DNA of 64,000 bases, from NCBI GenBank assembly GCA_050273025.1, contig CP158636.1, positions 10,230,001 through 10,294,000 of the forward strand, in the 5' to 3' direction. A model generated the notes under the pieces. It saw only the letters and a list, made by a program, of their open reading frames with translations. It was not told the origin of the DNA and made no database searches. Made by a program: the position numbers and the translations under genes. This document shows positions 27,626 through 39,273 of this stretch, one piece after another. Source of the stretch: Cenococcum geophilum. Lineage: Eukaryota. Every line of letters starts with the position of its first letter. Positions within the stretch are counted from its first letter, which is position 1.

Positions 27626-29874
27626 TAATATTACTATTATACCTTATTTTAATGTCCCTCAAATTTCTCAGGCAACATAATCCTAGAAATTTCAAAATTT
27701 AGGTAAAGTTTTCTATTTTATTAGATACCTCTTAGGGATAGCTATAATTATTAGCGAAACTGGCCTCTACCTTAGGGCGCTATTAGAAGTTTTCCTTTAC
27801 TTTTAACCAAAGTCCGCTAAACTAAATTTAGTTAAGTATCGCATGCCTAGCTATAAGCGCCTAAACCGGCCTTACTATTAGCAACATGTCCTTTTTAAAA
27901 GCTTTAAATACGTCTAAGAATAGGATTAAACTTGTAACTTTTTGTCTTTAGCTATATATAGCTAAACCTTACTATCTTATAGCATAATATAATTCGCTCT
28001 GCTCCTAGATTATAATCTTATTTCTCTCTTACTAGCGTTAGGAATTAAATAATGGGGTTACGTACTTACTATATAGCGGGGTAATAGTATTTATAATTCC
28101 GCCTAACTTAAAACCCTAATAATGTTAGATAGAAGAGTACCGTCCGCGCTTATGCTTGCTAATTATATCATATATACTATATTCTATTACAGTTTTATAA
28201 ACTATAAAATCACTAACGCTGGGAATAAATATTACTCTAGTAATTATTCCGCCTACCCCCTAGAGTCTACCGCCTGTAAACAGCTTAGATACCTATGTTC
28301 TCTACTATATAACAACCTTTAAAGGATCTGCTCCGTTTATTAGCCTTATAATGGAATTCTGCTAACATTACTACTTTGTTATATTTATGTAGTAGCTATA
28401 TATTATACTTGATATAAATAGACGGTTTAAGAGAATAGACTTCTATGTATTATAAAGGTATTATAAAGAGATATTACAAAACGCGTATATTATTTATTAT
28501 AGGAATAATAGGCACGGCTCCTTATATACTAGCGCCTATAGATAACTCCAATTTCCTATAACTATATAGCGCTAGTATATAACTCGGCCACTTAATCCTA
28601 TATTATTATTATCACTAACACCTAACATCGCTAACACTCTTATCTTCACTTAATTCAAACTAGTAGAATATTACACTAACTAAATTCTATGCTCTATTAT
28701 ATAGTATAGCGAGGCGTAAAACTAGTATAGAAGATATCTCTTTGTATTCTAAACATCCTTTTTCCTCCTAGCTACTTATAGGTTGTATTTCTATTTATAA
28801 TACTTAATCCTTAGGAAGCAAGATAGTTATATAACTAGGCCTTTAAAAGCCTAACAAGTTAAAGATATATAAAATCCTCTACTTTCTATCCTTTCTAATG
28901 TTAACACTTTTAGGTTATATATTTATCTTCTCTTCTAAGTTTCCTTTTTAAAGCTATTTCTAGTGTATTAAGTAAAAGGTATAAGGTAGTAGACTAATAT
29001 AAGAAGTGGTATAAAGCTAACGAGTTAAAGAGCATTAAAAAAGCTATTATTAGTTATTTAGTGCTCTATCTAGGTATTAAAGAGGCGAAAACGAAAGCCG
29101 AACTCTATTAGGCTGGTTTTATCTTTTATTAAAATTTATAAGTTGCTTTATGCAAGAGACTAAGTATCCTAATAGAATATCTACAGAAAACCAATCCTAA
29201 AATTATGTATAAGGCCACTACCGGCTCCACTATCGGCTGCTATAAAGATAAGGATAGCGAACCACAACTAAGGAATCCGTATGGGTATTTACAAAGTTAG
29301 AACCTTAATAGTAGACTTTATAAAGCTTAGTAGCACTAGGCTAGGGTAGGCTTAATTTAATAATTAAGATTTTAAACTCTTATTTAGCAGAAGGGGTAGG
29401 TAGATAGTATAAGAGTACATATTTTTTAATCTTCGGTAGTTAAGGAATGCCAATTCTTAATCTTTTACAGTATATTATAAAGTCGGGTTCTTATATGGCT
29501 AGGATTTTACCCCACCTATAAGCAGATCTCTTAGCAGTCGCCTTAGCGGACACATCTTAATAAATAGGGGTTAACTTTTTAAGGTTAGTAAATAGAGAAA
29601 GTATAAGTAGAGAAAGTAGGCTGTAGTTAGCGTTAGGACTAATAACAGTAATAAACTTAGCATTATAGCAAATAAGCACCGCCGTATTTACTAATATCAC
29701 TAACTATAGGCCCTTCTATTAGTCTTACGTACTAAACTCGGCTATAATAATAAGCAAAGGTTGTTTAGTATGGCGAAGTTACTAAGTCAACTTAAAAGCA
29801 CCAAAATTCCCTAACCCCAACCAGTTCTTATAACTATTAAACTTCGCAATACAGCCTAACTTATAGTATAACAT

Positions 29875-29985
29875 ACCCCTATATCTATATCACAGACCCC
29901 TATATCTATATCACAGACCCCTATATCTATATCACAGACCCCTATATCTATATCACAGACCCCTATATCTATATCACAGACCCCT
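29875..29985. repeat. Perfect 21-bp minisatellite ACCCCTATATCTATATCACAG x5 plus a partial copy
   Basis: Five identical units read directly from the sequence. Confidence 0.95.
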
Positions 29986-31169
29986 CTAAAAGAATATCAG
30001 CATATAACACTATTTCTTAGCTCTAAAGCCGGGAGTTAATCCGCTTTTAAAGCAGAGTATTATAGGGTACTTAAGCTGAATCTACTATACGTAGCTAGGA
30101 CTTAGTTAGATTTTAATAATTATCCTATTCCTATTCTAGTTGCTTATTACCTTATAACTTTATACTATTTCTATTACCTTTTTATTACCTATTAGCAATG
30201 TTAATTAAGTAGCAATAAGGTAACAGTTTCAAATCGACGTTAGTATTAACGTTAGTCTTTATCACCTATTTAGTATATATAGTAAGGCTCTAAAGCCTCT
30301 TACAATAAGGTAAAGTCATTATTCTTTTTTATCTTTTAGTCTTCCAATTAATAGCATATTACGTTTCCCATTATATATATACAAGTTACAGATTTTTATA
30401 ACCTACTTACCCTATATCCTTTAGCAGAAAGTAATAATATTAAACTATAACTCGTTATAAGATAGAATTAACTATTACTTTAAAAACTTGGCTTTGCTAG
30501 GCTAGGTTTTCCTTATAGCAGATACTTCTAAATTATAATTTAATATTAAAGGGCCAACGGAAGGAAACAAATGTCTTATACTACTTAGTAATACCGTTTT
30601 ACGCCTTTATATGCTTAATAAATAGTACCTAAGTGGAATAGATATAGGTATAGATATAATAAGATAGGTAATATATTTCTAACAAAATATAGAAAGTAGA
30701 AATAAACTAGTAAGGGACATTAGTATAAATAAAAAATTGTATAAAATAGCAAAGGATTAAAATCTAAGAACATATTTAAAGGAAAATCCCTTATAAAAAG
30801 GCGAGGAGCTAAAGACTACACTTACTTTAACGGTTAAAGCCATCCTTAGCGCTATATAGGTTAACTTTAAAAGAAATTTTAGGGTAGTATACTATGCTAT
30901 AAAGAAATTCCAGTCCTAAACAATTTGTATAAGGTATTTTATTTTAATAATATAGTTAGTTAAACGGCCGCTTAACCCGCCTCCTTTAGTAAAATTGCTT
31001 ATAAAGAGGTACTTTAGTAGGTTATTTATAGCCAATAACCACTAACTATTGGCGAACTATATCTATCCTAGATATACTTTACTAATTCCTAAATAGGACG
31101 AACATAACCTCCTATAATACTATAAGAAAAAGAAAAAAACTAAGAGTAACGGACTATAGGGTATAAGTT

Positions 31170-33639
31170 AGTAGAGAAGCGCTATACTCTATAAATATAT
31201 GGTTTTTAAAATGCTTATATCTAAAGAGCATTATTCCTAATAAGTGGCAATATAGGTCTGGACATAGGATTAGTTTATTCTATTTAAAAAAACAAAGATA
31301 TTACCTCTTAATATGTTCCCTTACTTTACGCAGGTAATAGAAAAGGGTATATACTCCCGGCTTATAGGCGCAGAAGAGATACTATTAATTTATAATCTTT
31401 ACAGGGCCCGGTTTAGGTTTAACTATTAGCTTTAAACTTAGCTCTAAAGTAGGAAGGATGCCCCAATTACAATTACAGATAACCTTACGCTTAACTATAG
31501 GTTTTAGTACCTAGCATAGATTAAACAAGGCTTTAATTGCGTTAATTTAATATTAGAAATTTTCTTATATTATAAGATTAGCTAGACATTTACATAAGAG
31601 CTAAATAACGCGTTTTTGTTTAGGACTATACTCTACTAGTTTTAATTTCTATTTTTTCTTATATAAACTAACAGCCGATAGCGCAAGCTATCGCCTTAAA
31701 TCTTCAGTCTTAATTTTATTAAAAAATTTAAGCCATATTTCCTTCCGTTTCCCCCTTTTTAAGGCCTTTTTTTATTTTTTTAATTCTAATGCAGCTTATA
31801 TATACAATTTATACTCTTCACTCCTAAGTGCCTATGCATTTTTAAGAGTATTATATAGTTCCCTAGTTTCTTTAGATAAGGCATTGCGCTACTAACGGAG
31901 CTCTATAATAAGTGGATAAGTTTTAAGAGAATTATTTATTATATCTGCAACCGCTTTAGAAACCTGTAGGTTAATATTTTAACTAATATACGTTAGGGAC
32001 TTTATAAGTACGTTAGTAGAAGGGCGGCTGAGGAAAGTAGCCTAAATATTATATAAAATCCGCTTATTTATATAAGCCTAATAAACACTAGTATCTTTAT
32101 AACCCATAACCTATTATAATTAAGCTTAGGTTGCTATAGCGTTAACCACTTTACCTATTCCTCGCTAAATATTATAGGGATTAAAGATTTATATTATTCC
32201 GGCTATAAAGCCTAGCCGCTAAATATAGTAGAGGAAAGTATAGTAGGGTATAGGCTTATCTAAAGTTCCGATCCCGTCTACTATTATAATTACTTACTAA
32301 AATATTAGTTTATTTTCCTAGCTTTTCTTCTATTTTAAACGCGAGGTCGTTTAATATAGGTTAACTTAAACTATAAAAACCTACTTAATAGTCTAGAATT
32401 TAAGTTTAAAGGCATTATTAAGAATTCCTAGGACAATTATATAAATTATTACATTAAAGATTAGGTTATTAACCTTATAAAGATAAAATATCTTACTATA
32501 TCTAATTTAGCATTTATTAAAAAGAAACTTGTTATATATACCTTACCGTTTAGAATTCCGTCTATACCCTTTAGTAAATTATAAATTAATCTCCATAGCA
32601 ATAAGGTCCTGTTTAGCCCCTAGCTCTTAAATAAGGATAAGTATAACATATTTATAACATAAAGTATTAATAAGTTCGTCCTTTTCCTTAGATCCTTCGC
32701 TAATTCCATTATATTAGTTATCTATTTTACTATTATCTTCGTCTTCACTATCATCATCCCCATCTCCATCATTAATTTTGTTATTACTTATACTATCTCC
32801 TACTCCTCTATCCTTATTATAGGTCTTAAAAGCGCATTAAGTTACTACTTTCGCATTTCTCTTTATATAGACTAATACGCCTAGCTAAGATACTATATAT
32901 ATATAAATAAGTATTAAAAATGTAAGTTATAGACTCTATCGCCCATCTAGAAATATGGAGATATTATAAGCCCAGTAATAATATAAAACCCAAAAAATAT
33001 CATTAACATTTATTACTGGCTTCTCCTTAGTAGATATATTAAGCCCATTATTCTTAGTTAATGGTCCGTTAATATACTATAATAGTTAGCGGGATTTTAT
33101 AAATATTTAAAGTAATTTCTATATGTTATTAATTTCTTTATTAACGTCTTTAGGCTAATCTTTCTTAGCATATTTTTAATAGAGCTATTGCTAGTGTTTA
33201 TATTTCTAACAAATACTAGTCCTTTTCCGTAATAGATAATTATCTACAATCCACTAAAAAAAAATTTTAACGTTATGGTTTAAGGCATTCTTAAGAAGTT
33301 AAGTAGGGTGTTTTTTTATATTCTCGCAGAACCTAAATAATAAGCTATAGAATTGCATTTTAGATAAGAGCACTCTTACCTTAACCATTATGTTAAAATT
33401 TTGTTTATATTATTCTTTATTACTAGTAAATAATTTTTCTTTATAAGACCTATCTTCTTAAATTCTTCGCAAAGTTTTTTATAATGCTTAGCTGAATATT
33501 TTAGCTGCGCTAGTGGCTTACGTCGTTAAATAGGCGGACGTTTAGGTATCTATCTAGGTTTCTACCTAAGTTTATGCCTATACTTACGCCCAGGTTTATA
33601 CCTTAGGCTTTCCTTCGGCTTATTATATAGGAAGGGTAT
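31170..33639 (-). pseudogene. Starship captain: DUF3435 tyrosine recombinase, RIP-degraded, multi-exon
   Basis: De-RIP reading: FFQWIVDNY...RKRTS...YKHWQQLY, TKEKPVMNVDDIFWVLHYHW.HD...FPDGRQ.LQL.FL.L...YS.SRPG.LV (~33030-32870), LCYKHV.L.L, FTKG, LKWKKSWENKPIFRQ, PYNIRRG.G (~32180-32155), QVMGH....YQAY (~32115-32070), DVQAAFL, and a C-terminal CLFC..HVERQH..CPDP.C..H..NH zinc-finger region. Confidence 0.92.
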
Positions 33640-34190
33640 ATATTAATTTAGTTCCTAAAAAAAAGGGTATTGCTATAGTAATAGGGCGGGCGCGGAGTCC
33701 AACTTATAAATTAAGGTAAGGCAGAGTAATAGAGTAAGTTGGGTAATAGTATAGAATTATTAATATAATTAGCAAAATGGTGGAGAATATTAAGCAGGTA
33801 TAGGAAAAGAACTAAAGTATAGGAAGAGAAAAAAGAGTAAACTAATATGGTTGGTTAATAGAAGTAATGCTGAGTAGAAGGCTGCAGTGGGCGTATTAAG
33901 CTTTATAGATATCTAGGGGACGTTAAAAGCCAGGGAGGTCCATTATAACCGACTATAAGTTAGTAGGATAATAGATAACCCACTTCTTAGAATATAGGGC
34001 CGTCCTGGTAATGGGTAATTAAATATGGAAGTACGCAGTTAGAAGTTTTGATGGGGGAGAGACACTTCGCTTAGGCCTTAGCGCTTGGGACAAGCGCTGC
34101 TTAAAACAGCGAGCAAACCATCTGAAAATGGACGTCAGTGTCCCTGGACATAGAGTTATACTGGTAAACTTTCGCTGTCTAGCCGAGGCT

Positions 34191-34236
34191 GTAATAATAA
34201 ATCAATCAACCAATCAATTCAATTCAAATTCAAATC
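34191..34236 (-). other. Candidate Starship target-site motif TTAC plus flanking TTGA/TTGAA low-complexity tract
   Basis: Minus strand reads ...TTGAATTGATTGGTTGATTGATTTATTATTAC|AGCCTCGGCT... This coincides with the end of the RIP block. Confidence 0.6.
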
Positions 34237-34429
34237 TTTGTCCTCCAGAAACCCCCTACACTATTCGTCCGAACGCGCTAGCTGAGTGACACCTAAAATT
34301 AAACGTGCACTATAGGATGCCGGGAGGCTTATGGGATTTCAAAGGGGTCTGCGATGGCATGTAGAAGTCGCGCAAGTGGGGGTTGTGTATATAATCGCTG
34401 TGAAGGGGAGAACGGTTTGGCTTATTACG

Positions 34430-35290
34430 CAAGCGGCGCGAGGTGTCGTGTATTTGAAAGGAAAAGTGAGGGTGAGGCCTGCGGTGACGGACGGCGCGAC
34501 GGGGCTAGCAAAGGTGCTGATAGTTGAGGAGTCGATGAGTGGCGTGAAGATGCTGGTGATGTTGACGATGCTGACAGACTAGGATCAGAACTCAGCGGAA
34601 GAGAAGCTGCAGTCGCATGCGATGGGCGAGGTGGAATCGGAGCCTGAGCAAGAGAGGATGGAGGTAGGCGTGGTGAGGGCGGACGTGGTGAGCACTGGCG
34701 TGGTGAAGACGAATGCAGTGACGACGGACGCAATGACGACGGATGTGGTATAGACAGACGCAACGACGACCGACGTGATGGGGACTGTATAGGTAGGGAC
34801 GGATAGGAACAAGGGGTGGATGGCTTTACGGGTGTTGATGACTTGAGGTGTGGCAGCAGGAGCAGTGTAGGTATCTAGGTGGTTAAGAAGATCAAATAAA
34901 GTATCTGCTAGAAGACAGTCGTCGATATTGAAGCCAATGATATTGTTGTTGTTGATAACTTCTCCAAAGCTCTTTATTATAATCGATTCTTCGCAGATAT
35001 TGCATACACAAACTATTTTCATATTCGATTTACGAGATCATCTTACCATACAAGTGCAAACTCACCGTTCCCATTCCTCTAGTTTCTCCTGATGCTTTCT
35101 CTCTGTCGTTGGCTCGAGCTTCGGTTGGACTTGATCCTATTCACAATAGTAGTCGGCTTGCCACTACCCTTCTCCTTCGCTTGACGAAGTTCTTGCGACC
35201 TCTCGTCAAGCTCATCAACGACCTGTATAAACAGAGAAAAAAGGGCCAAAACTGAAGATAACACGATAAGGATCTTAAATAAGCGCAAAG
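34430..35290 (-). pseudogene. Spliced hypothetical gene with a premature stop; Cys motif and S/P/T-rich tail
   Basis: A 53-bp GTGAGT..TAG intron (35065-35013) joins the frame of ORF 35079..35288 in phase to ORF 34585..35022 (..GN|VCVCNICEES). An in-frame TAG at 35081-35079 looks like a RIP product. Confidence 0.4.
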
Positions 35291-35684
35291 CGTATATTGG
35301 TTAGAGAGGAGACGCCTCCTGAGAGCACTATTTTTGCTTCGTTGCCCCGGTTTTGGGCCCTCTCTCGGAAGTTCCACTTCCGAGCCAACTTATGTTCCCA
35401 AGAGCCGGACCACCTCTGGAGGCATAGTCTGCGTAGAGTTAACAGAAATCTTAGAAGAATGGCTAGCGGGGCTATCAATATTGGGTAGTGGAGGTAAGAA
35501 CTATAGACTAGCAAACTGAGCATTAAGCAAAGGTGAGGTTAAAGGTGAGCATCCTAAGCAGGGCGGTGCAGCGGTGATCGAAGTAGAGCCGAAGTTGAAG
35601 CGGGGTAATCTTGCTTACATAAAGGGGGAAACGGCGCTAACCGGGAGGGGTGTCAGTTTGCGTGACGTGCAAGCGTAGAAAACC

Positions 35685-38600
35685 ATGGATGCGGAATACC
35701 TCATCGAGGTGCCTGGAGAGGCTAACCCACTGACCGAGGGCATACTGTATCATGTCCTGCGCTCAGCTGCTTCTAATGATCCGCAGCAAATTCAGACAGG
35801 TACCAAACAACTCCAGAAGTGGGAAACCTATAAAGGTTACTACAGCTTGCTACAGGTACACAATCCTAGGCCGCAATACTGAGAAATAAACCGATGCTAA
35901 ATACGTCCTAGGCTGTATTTGTGGACAAATCGCTGCCACTTGAAGTCCGTTATTTAGCTATCATCCAGCTAAAGAATGGCATCGACAAGTACTGGCGGAA
36001 GACTGCTACCAAGTGAGGCACGAAATCCCTCGGAAGCTTTGCGAAAGCTGATAAGTTGCTAGTGCTGTTAGCAAGGAGGAGAAAGCTGTAATCAGGTCAA
36101 GACTACTCGAAAGCGGCATCAACGAAGCAAATCAGCGCTTGGCTCTTCAAAATTCCTTGGTCATAGCCAAGATAGTCAGGTTTGAATTTCCGAACGACTG
36201 GTATATAAAGCCCATACACAATGGAAAGCATTACGAGCTGATTTTACTATAGGCCGGATGCTATCACTCAGCTTATACAGATCATCCGCTCCTCGATTGC
36301 ACCTAATGCAAATCGACTTCATCTTCCACGCTCTCTGCTAATTCTCCTACATATTATCAAGGAGCTATCGACTGGAAGACTGATGCGGACGAGGGCGAAC
36401 CTCCAGTCTGTCACTCCGGAAATCTTCCATGTCCTAGGTCGAATATATATCGAAAAAGTACAAAGATGGCAGGCTTTCCTTCGCGACGGAGGCGACGATG
36501 AGGGCGGGGCTCTAGAAGACATCGAGCAAAGCTTACTAGCAATCAAGGTTCTTCGTCGCCTGCTGATCGCTGGATATGAGTTTCCGAACAGAGATAAAGA
36601 TGTACAGGAGTTCTGGGGCATAGTTCGCAATCAGTTCGGAGATTTCCTACCAATTGCTCTACTTGAAGATTCCCCACTATCACCAGACGTTCAGCAGCTC
36701 ATAGGAAAACACATCTTGCAGCTAGCCAAATTACACGTGGAAATGGCACAGGTTCATCCTGCGGCCTTTGTCCTTCTACCATATTCTTTGGACCTAGTCC
36801 GTGCTTACTGGGGTTTAATTGCCAAATTAGGAGAGGTATTTGGCTCGAAGACAGCTGTAACATCTTCTAAGGTTGGCACGGACGGGGATGCTGATGGGGA
36901 TGACACCCCGATAATAGAAAAGATCTGTCTAAAAGGACTGCTGCTAATCCGCGCTTGCTTGAAGATGGTCTTCTACCCAGCTCAAACCTTCAAGTACCGA
37001 CATGCGGAAGAGAAAGAGGAGAAGACTCGAGCAACACAGCTTGTCAAATCAGATCTACTAACTGAGGACCTAGTACGAGAGATGATGTCCACAATTGTTT
37101 CTCGATTCTTCGTTTTCCGTTCCAGTGACTTGCGGTCATGGGAAGAGGAGCCGGACGAGTGGGAGAAGAGGGAAGAAGGGGGGGAAGATTACGAGTTCTC
37201 AATACGACCATGCTCGGAGAAGTTATTCTTAGATTTGGCAAAGAACTTCAAAGATTTGCTCATTCAGCCCTTATTACAGGTCTTCTATTCTGTGGCTAGT
37301 AAGTCCTGAATATTGCCTAGTTCGAAGAAAAAACTACTAATAAAGCATAAGCTCCCGAAAATGAAGATATCCTCTTTAAGGACTCTGTATATACTGCTAT
37401 TGGTCTCTCCGCCGACGTGTTGCATGAGCATCTCGACTTCGATGCATTCATATCCTCCACGCTAGTAGTAGAAGTCCAGAAACAGAAGCCAGGCTACAAC
37501 ATCCTCCGCCGTCGTATTGCGATTTTGCTAGGGCAATGGATTAGCATCAAGGTCTCCGAGCAGAGCAAACCTCTCGTCTACGAAATCTTTAGGCATCTCC
37601 TTGACAACAGTGACCCGCTCAATGACCAGGTCGTTCGCGTCACGGCTGGTAGACAGTTCAAGAATATTGCCGATGAATGGGAGTTCAAAGCAGTCACTTT
37701 CAAGCCGTTCACACCTGATGTCTTGACACGGCTCATGGCATTGATTGGAGAAGTCGAGTTGCCCGAAACAAAAATGGCGCTCCTGAGTACTATTAGCAGT
37801 CTCGTTGAGAGACTGGATCACCATGTAAGAATCCTAGCGTCTTGCGATATTTATGATAAGCTCAAGTTAATCATATAAAGATTACCCCTTACGCCGACAG
37901 CATCATCTCCCTACTCCCACCTCTGTGGGAGCAATCTGGCGAAGAACACCTCATGAAACAAGCCATTCTCACAGTGCTCTCCCGCCTAACCAATGCCATG
38001 AAAGCCAATTCTCGCGTTTACCACTCTCAGTTCCTTCCCATCATTCGCAGTTCCATCGAGCCTGGGTCGGACACACAGGTATACCTTTTAGAAGACGCCC
38101 TCGATCTCTGGTCCTCGATCCTTGCGCAAACCCCATCTGCTCCAGAACCCGCACTGCCGGATCTCCTCTCTCCCCTCCCACACCTTCTCCCCCTCTTCTC
38201 CCTCGGCACCGACACGCTACGAAAATCCCTCGAGATCACCGAATCGTACCTCCTGCTCTCCCCCGCCACCGTCCTCGCCGACGACTTCCGCATCGCTCTC
38301 CTCGCATCGCTCGCCGAGCTCCTCGGCAACCTCAAGCCCGACGCCAACGGCATCGTCACGCACCTAGTTGAATGTGTCGTCCGCGGCGCCTCCGGCTTCG
38401 GCGGCGAGTCCGCCGTGCAGGTCCTCGTCGGCGACATGCTGTCGTCCTCGTTTCTTGCGAAGCTGCTCGCGGGCCTGCACGGTGGCTGGCAGCTGCACCA
38501 GTCGCACGGGCCGAACCGCAGCGCGCCGGACCACGCCGTCGACGGTGTCGTCGAGACGGACTACTTCTCGGTGCTGGCGCGCGTCGGACTCGCGAGCCCG

Positions 38601-39203
38601 CGTGTGCTGCTCGACGCCATCGCCAGCGTCAGCAGCGCCGGCGGCGGCGGGGTGGAGGCGACGTTGGACTGGCTGCTGGAGGAGTGGTTTGGGCATTTCG
38701 AGAACATTGGCGACGGGCCGAGCCGCAAGCTGGGCGCGCTGGCGCTGACGCGGCTGCTGGAGCTCGCGCAGCCGTGGATTCTGGGAAGGTTGCAGAGCTT
38801 GATGACGCTGTGGACGGATGTGGTTAGTGAGTTGACGGATGGGTTGGATGATAAGTCGGCTGAGTAAGTCGTTCCCTGCACATAATGTGTCTTCCTTCAT
38901 TCCGCTTTATCAAGGTAGTTTCTCGAGGTAATTCGGAAGTTAACGTATACTAGCTGCCTCCACTGGCCCGCTGCCCCCTCTGCAGATGAGCTCCCCACGG
39001 AGCCCGAGGCGCCTGAGGATGTGCGGCGGCGCGAGCTCATTTACTCGGACCCAGTGCATAGGATCAATTTGATTGCGTTCATCCGCGAGCACTTGCAGGA
39101 CACGATTCAGGCAGCAGGTGGCGAGAAGGCATTTCGGGAGGAGTGGTTGGAACGCGTGGATAAGGACGTCGTGGCGGCGTTTGGGGCGCTGGGAATTTTG
39201 TAA
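35685..39203 (+). CDS. KAP120: Importin-11 / karyopherin Kap120 (importin-beta family)
   Basis: Seven exons with GT-AG introns: 35685-35855, 35912-36012, 36063-36200, 36253-37298, 37352-37824, 37881-38863, 38954-39203. IBN_N-like N-terminus (LPLEVRYLAIIQLKNGIDKYWRK), RFEFPNDWP, WEEEPDEWE, RPCSEKLF, ILRRRIAILLGQW, DPVHRINL. Confidence 0.93.
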
Positions 39204-39273
39204 GTTGTTGCTAGGAAGGTAGGGGACAGGCGGGGGAGGACGGCAGGGATTTTGGGCTTCAGTATCATGGGGG

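Larger units (their letters stand above)
1..34190 (-). mobile_element. RIP-inactivated Starship giant transposon (captain-proximal end; distal end lies left of the window)
   Basis: DUF3435-like recombinase is the first gene, starting ~550 bp inside a TTAC site (GTAA at 34191-34194 on +). Patatin-like phospholipase and DUF3723, both typical Starship accessory genes, lie further in. TpA excess and CpA/TpG depletion are continuous and fade near 34050-34190. Confidence 0.88.

Noticed and set aside
7063..28322. Short ORFs in the AT-rich block (9919, 11927, 13042, 15667, 28122, etc.) as functional genes
   Set aside because: Their I/L/Y/K-rich composition is what RIP produces. They are chance stop-free stretches or remnants, not intact genes.
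29875..29985. CRISPR-like array
   Set aside because: Head-to-tail repeats with no spacers, in a eukaryotic context.
1..34000. Mitochondrial insert, centromere or alternative genetic code as the cause of AT richness and stops
   Set aside because: Stops fall where Q/W/R codons are expected in nuclear gene families with spliceosomal introns, and the TpA/transition bias fits RIP.
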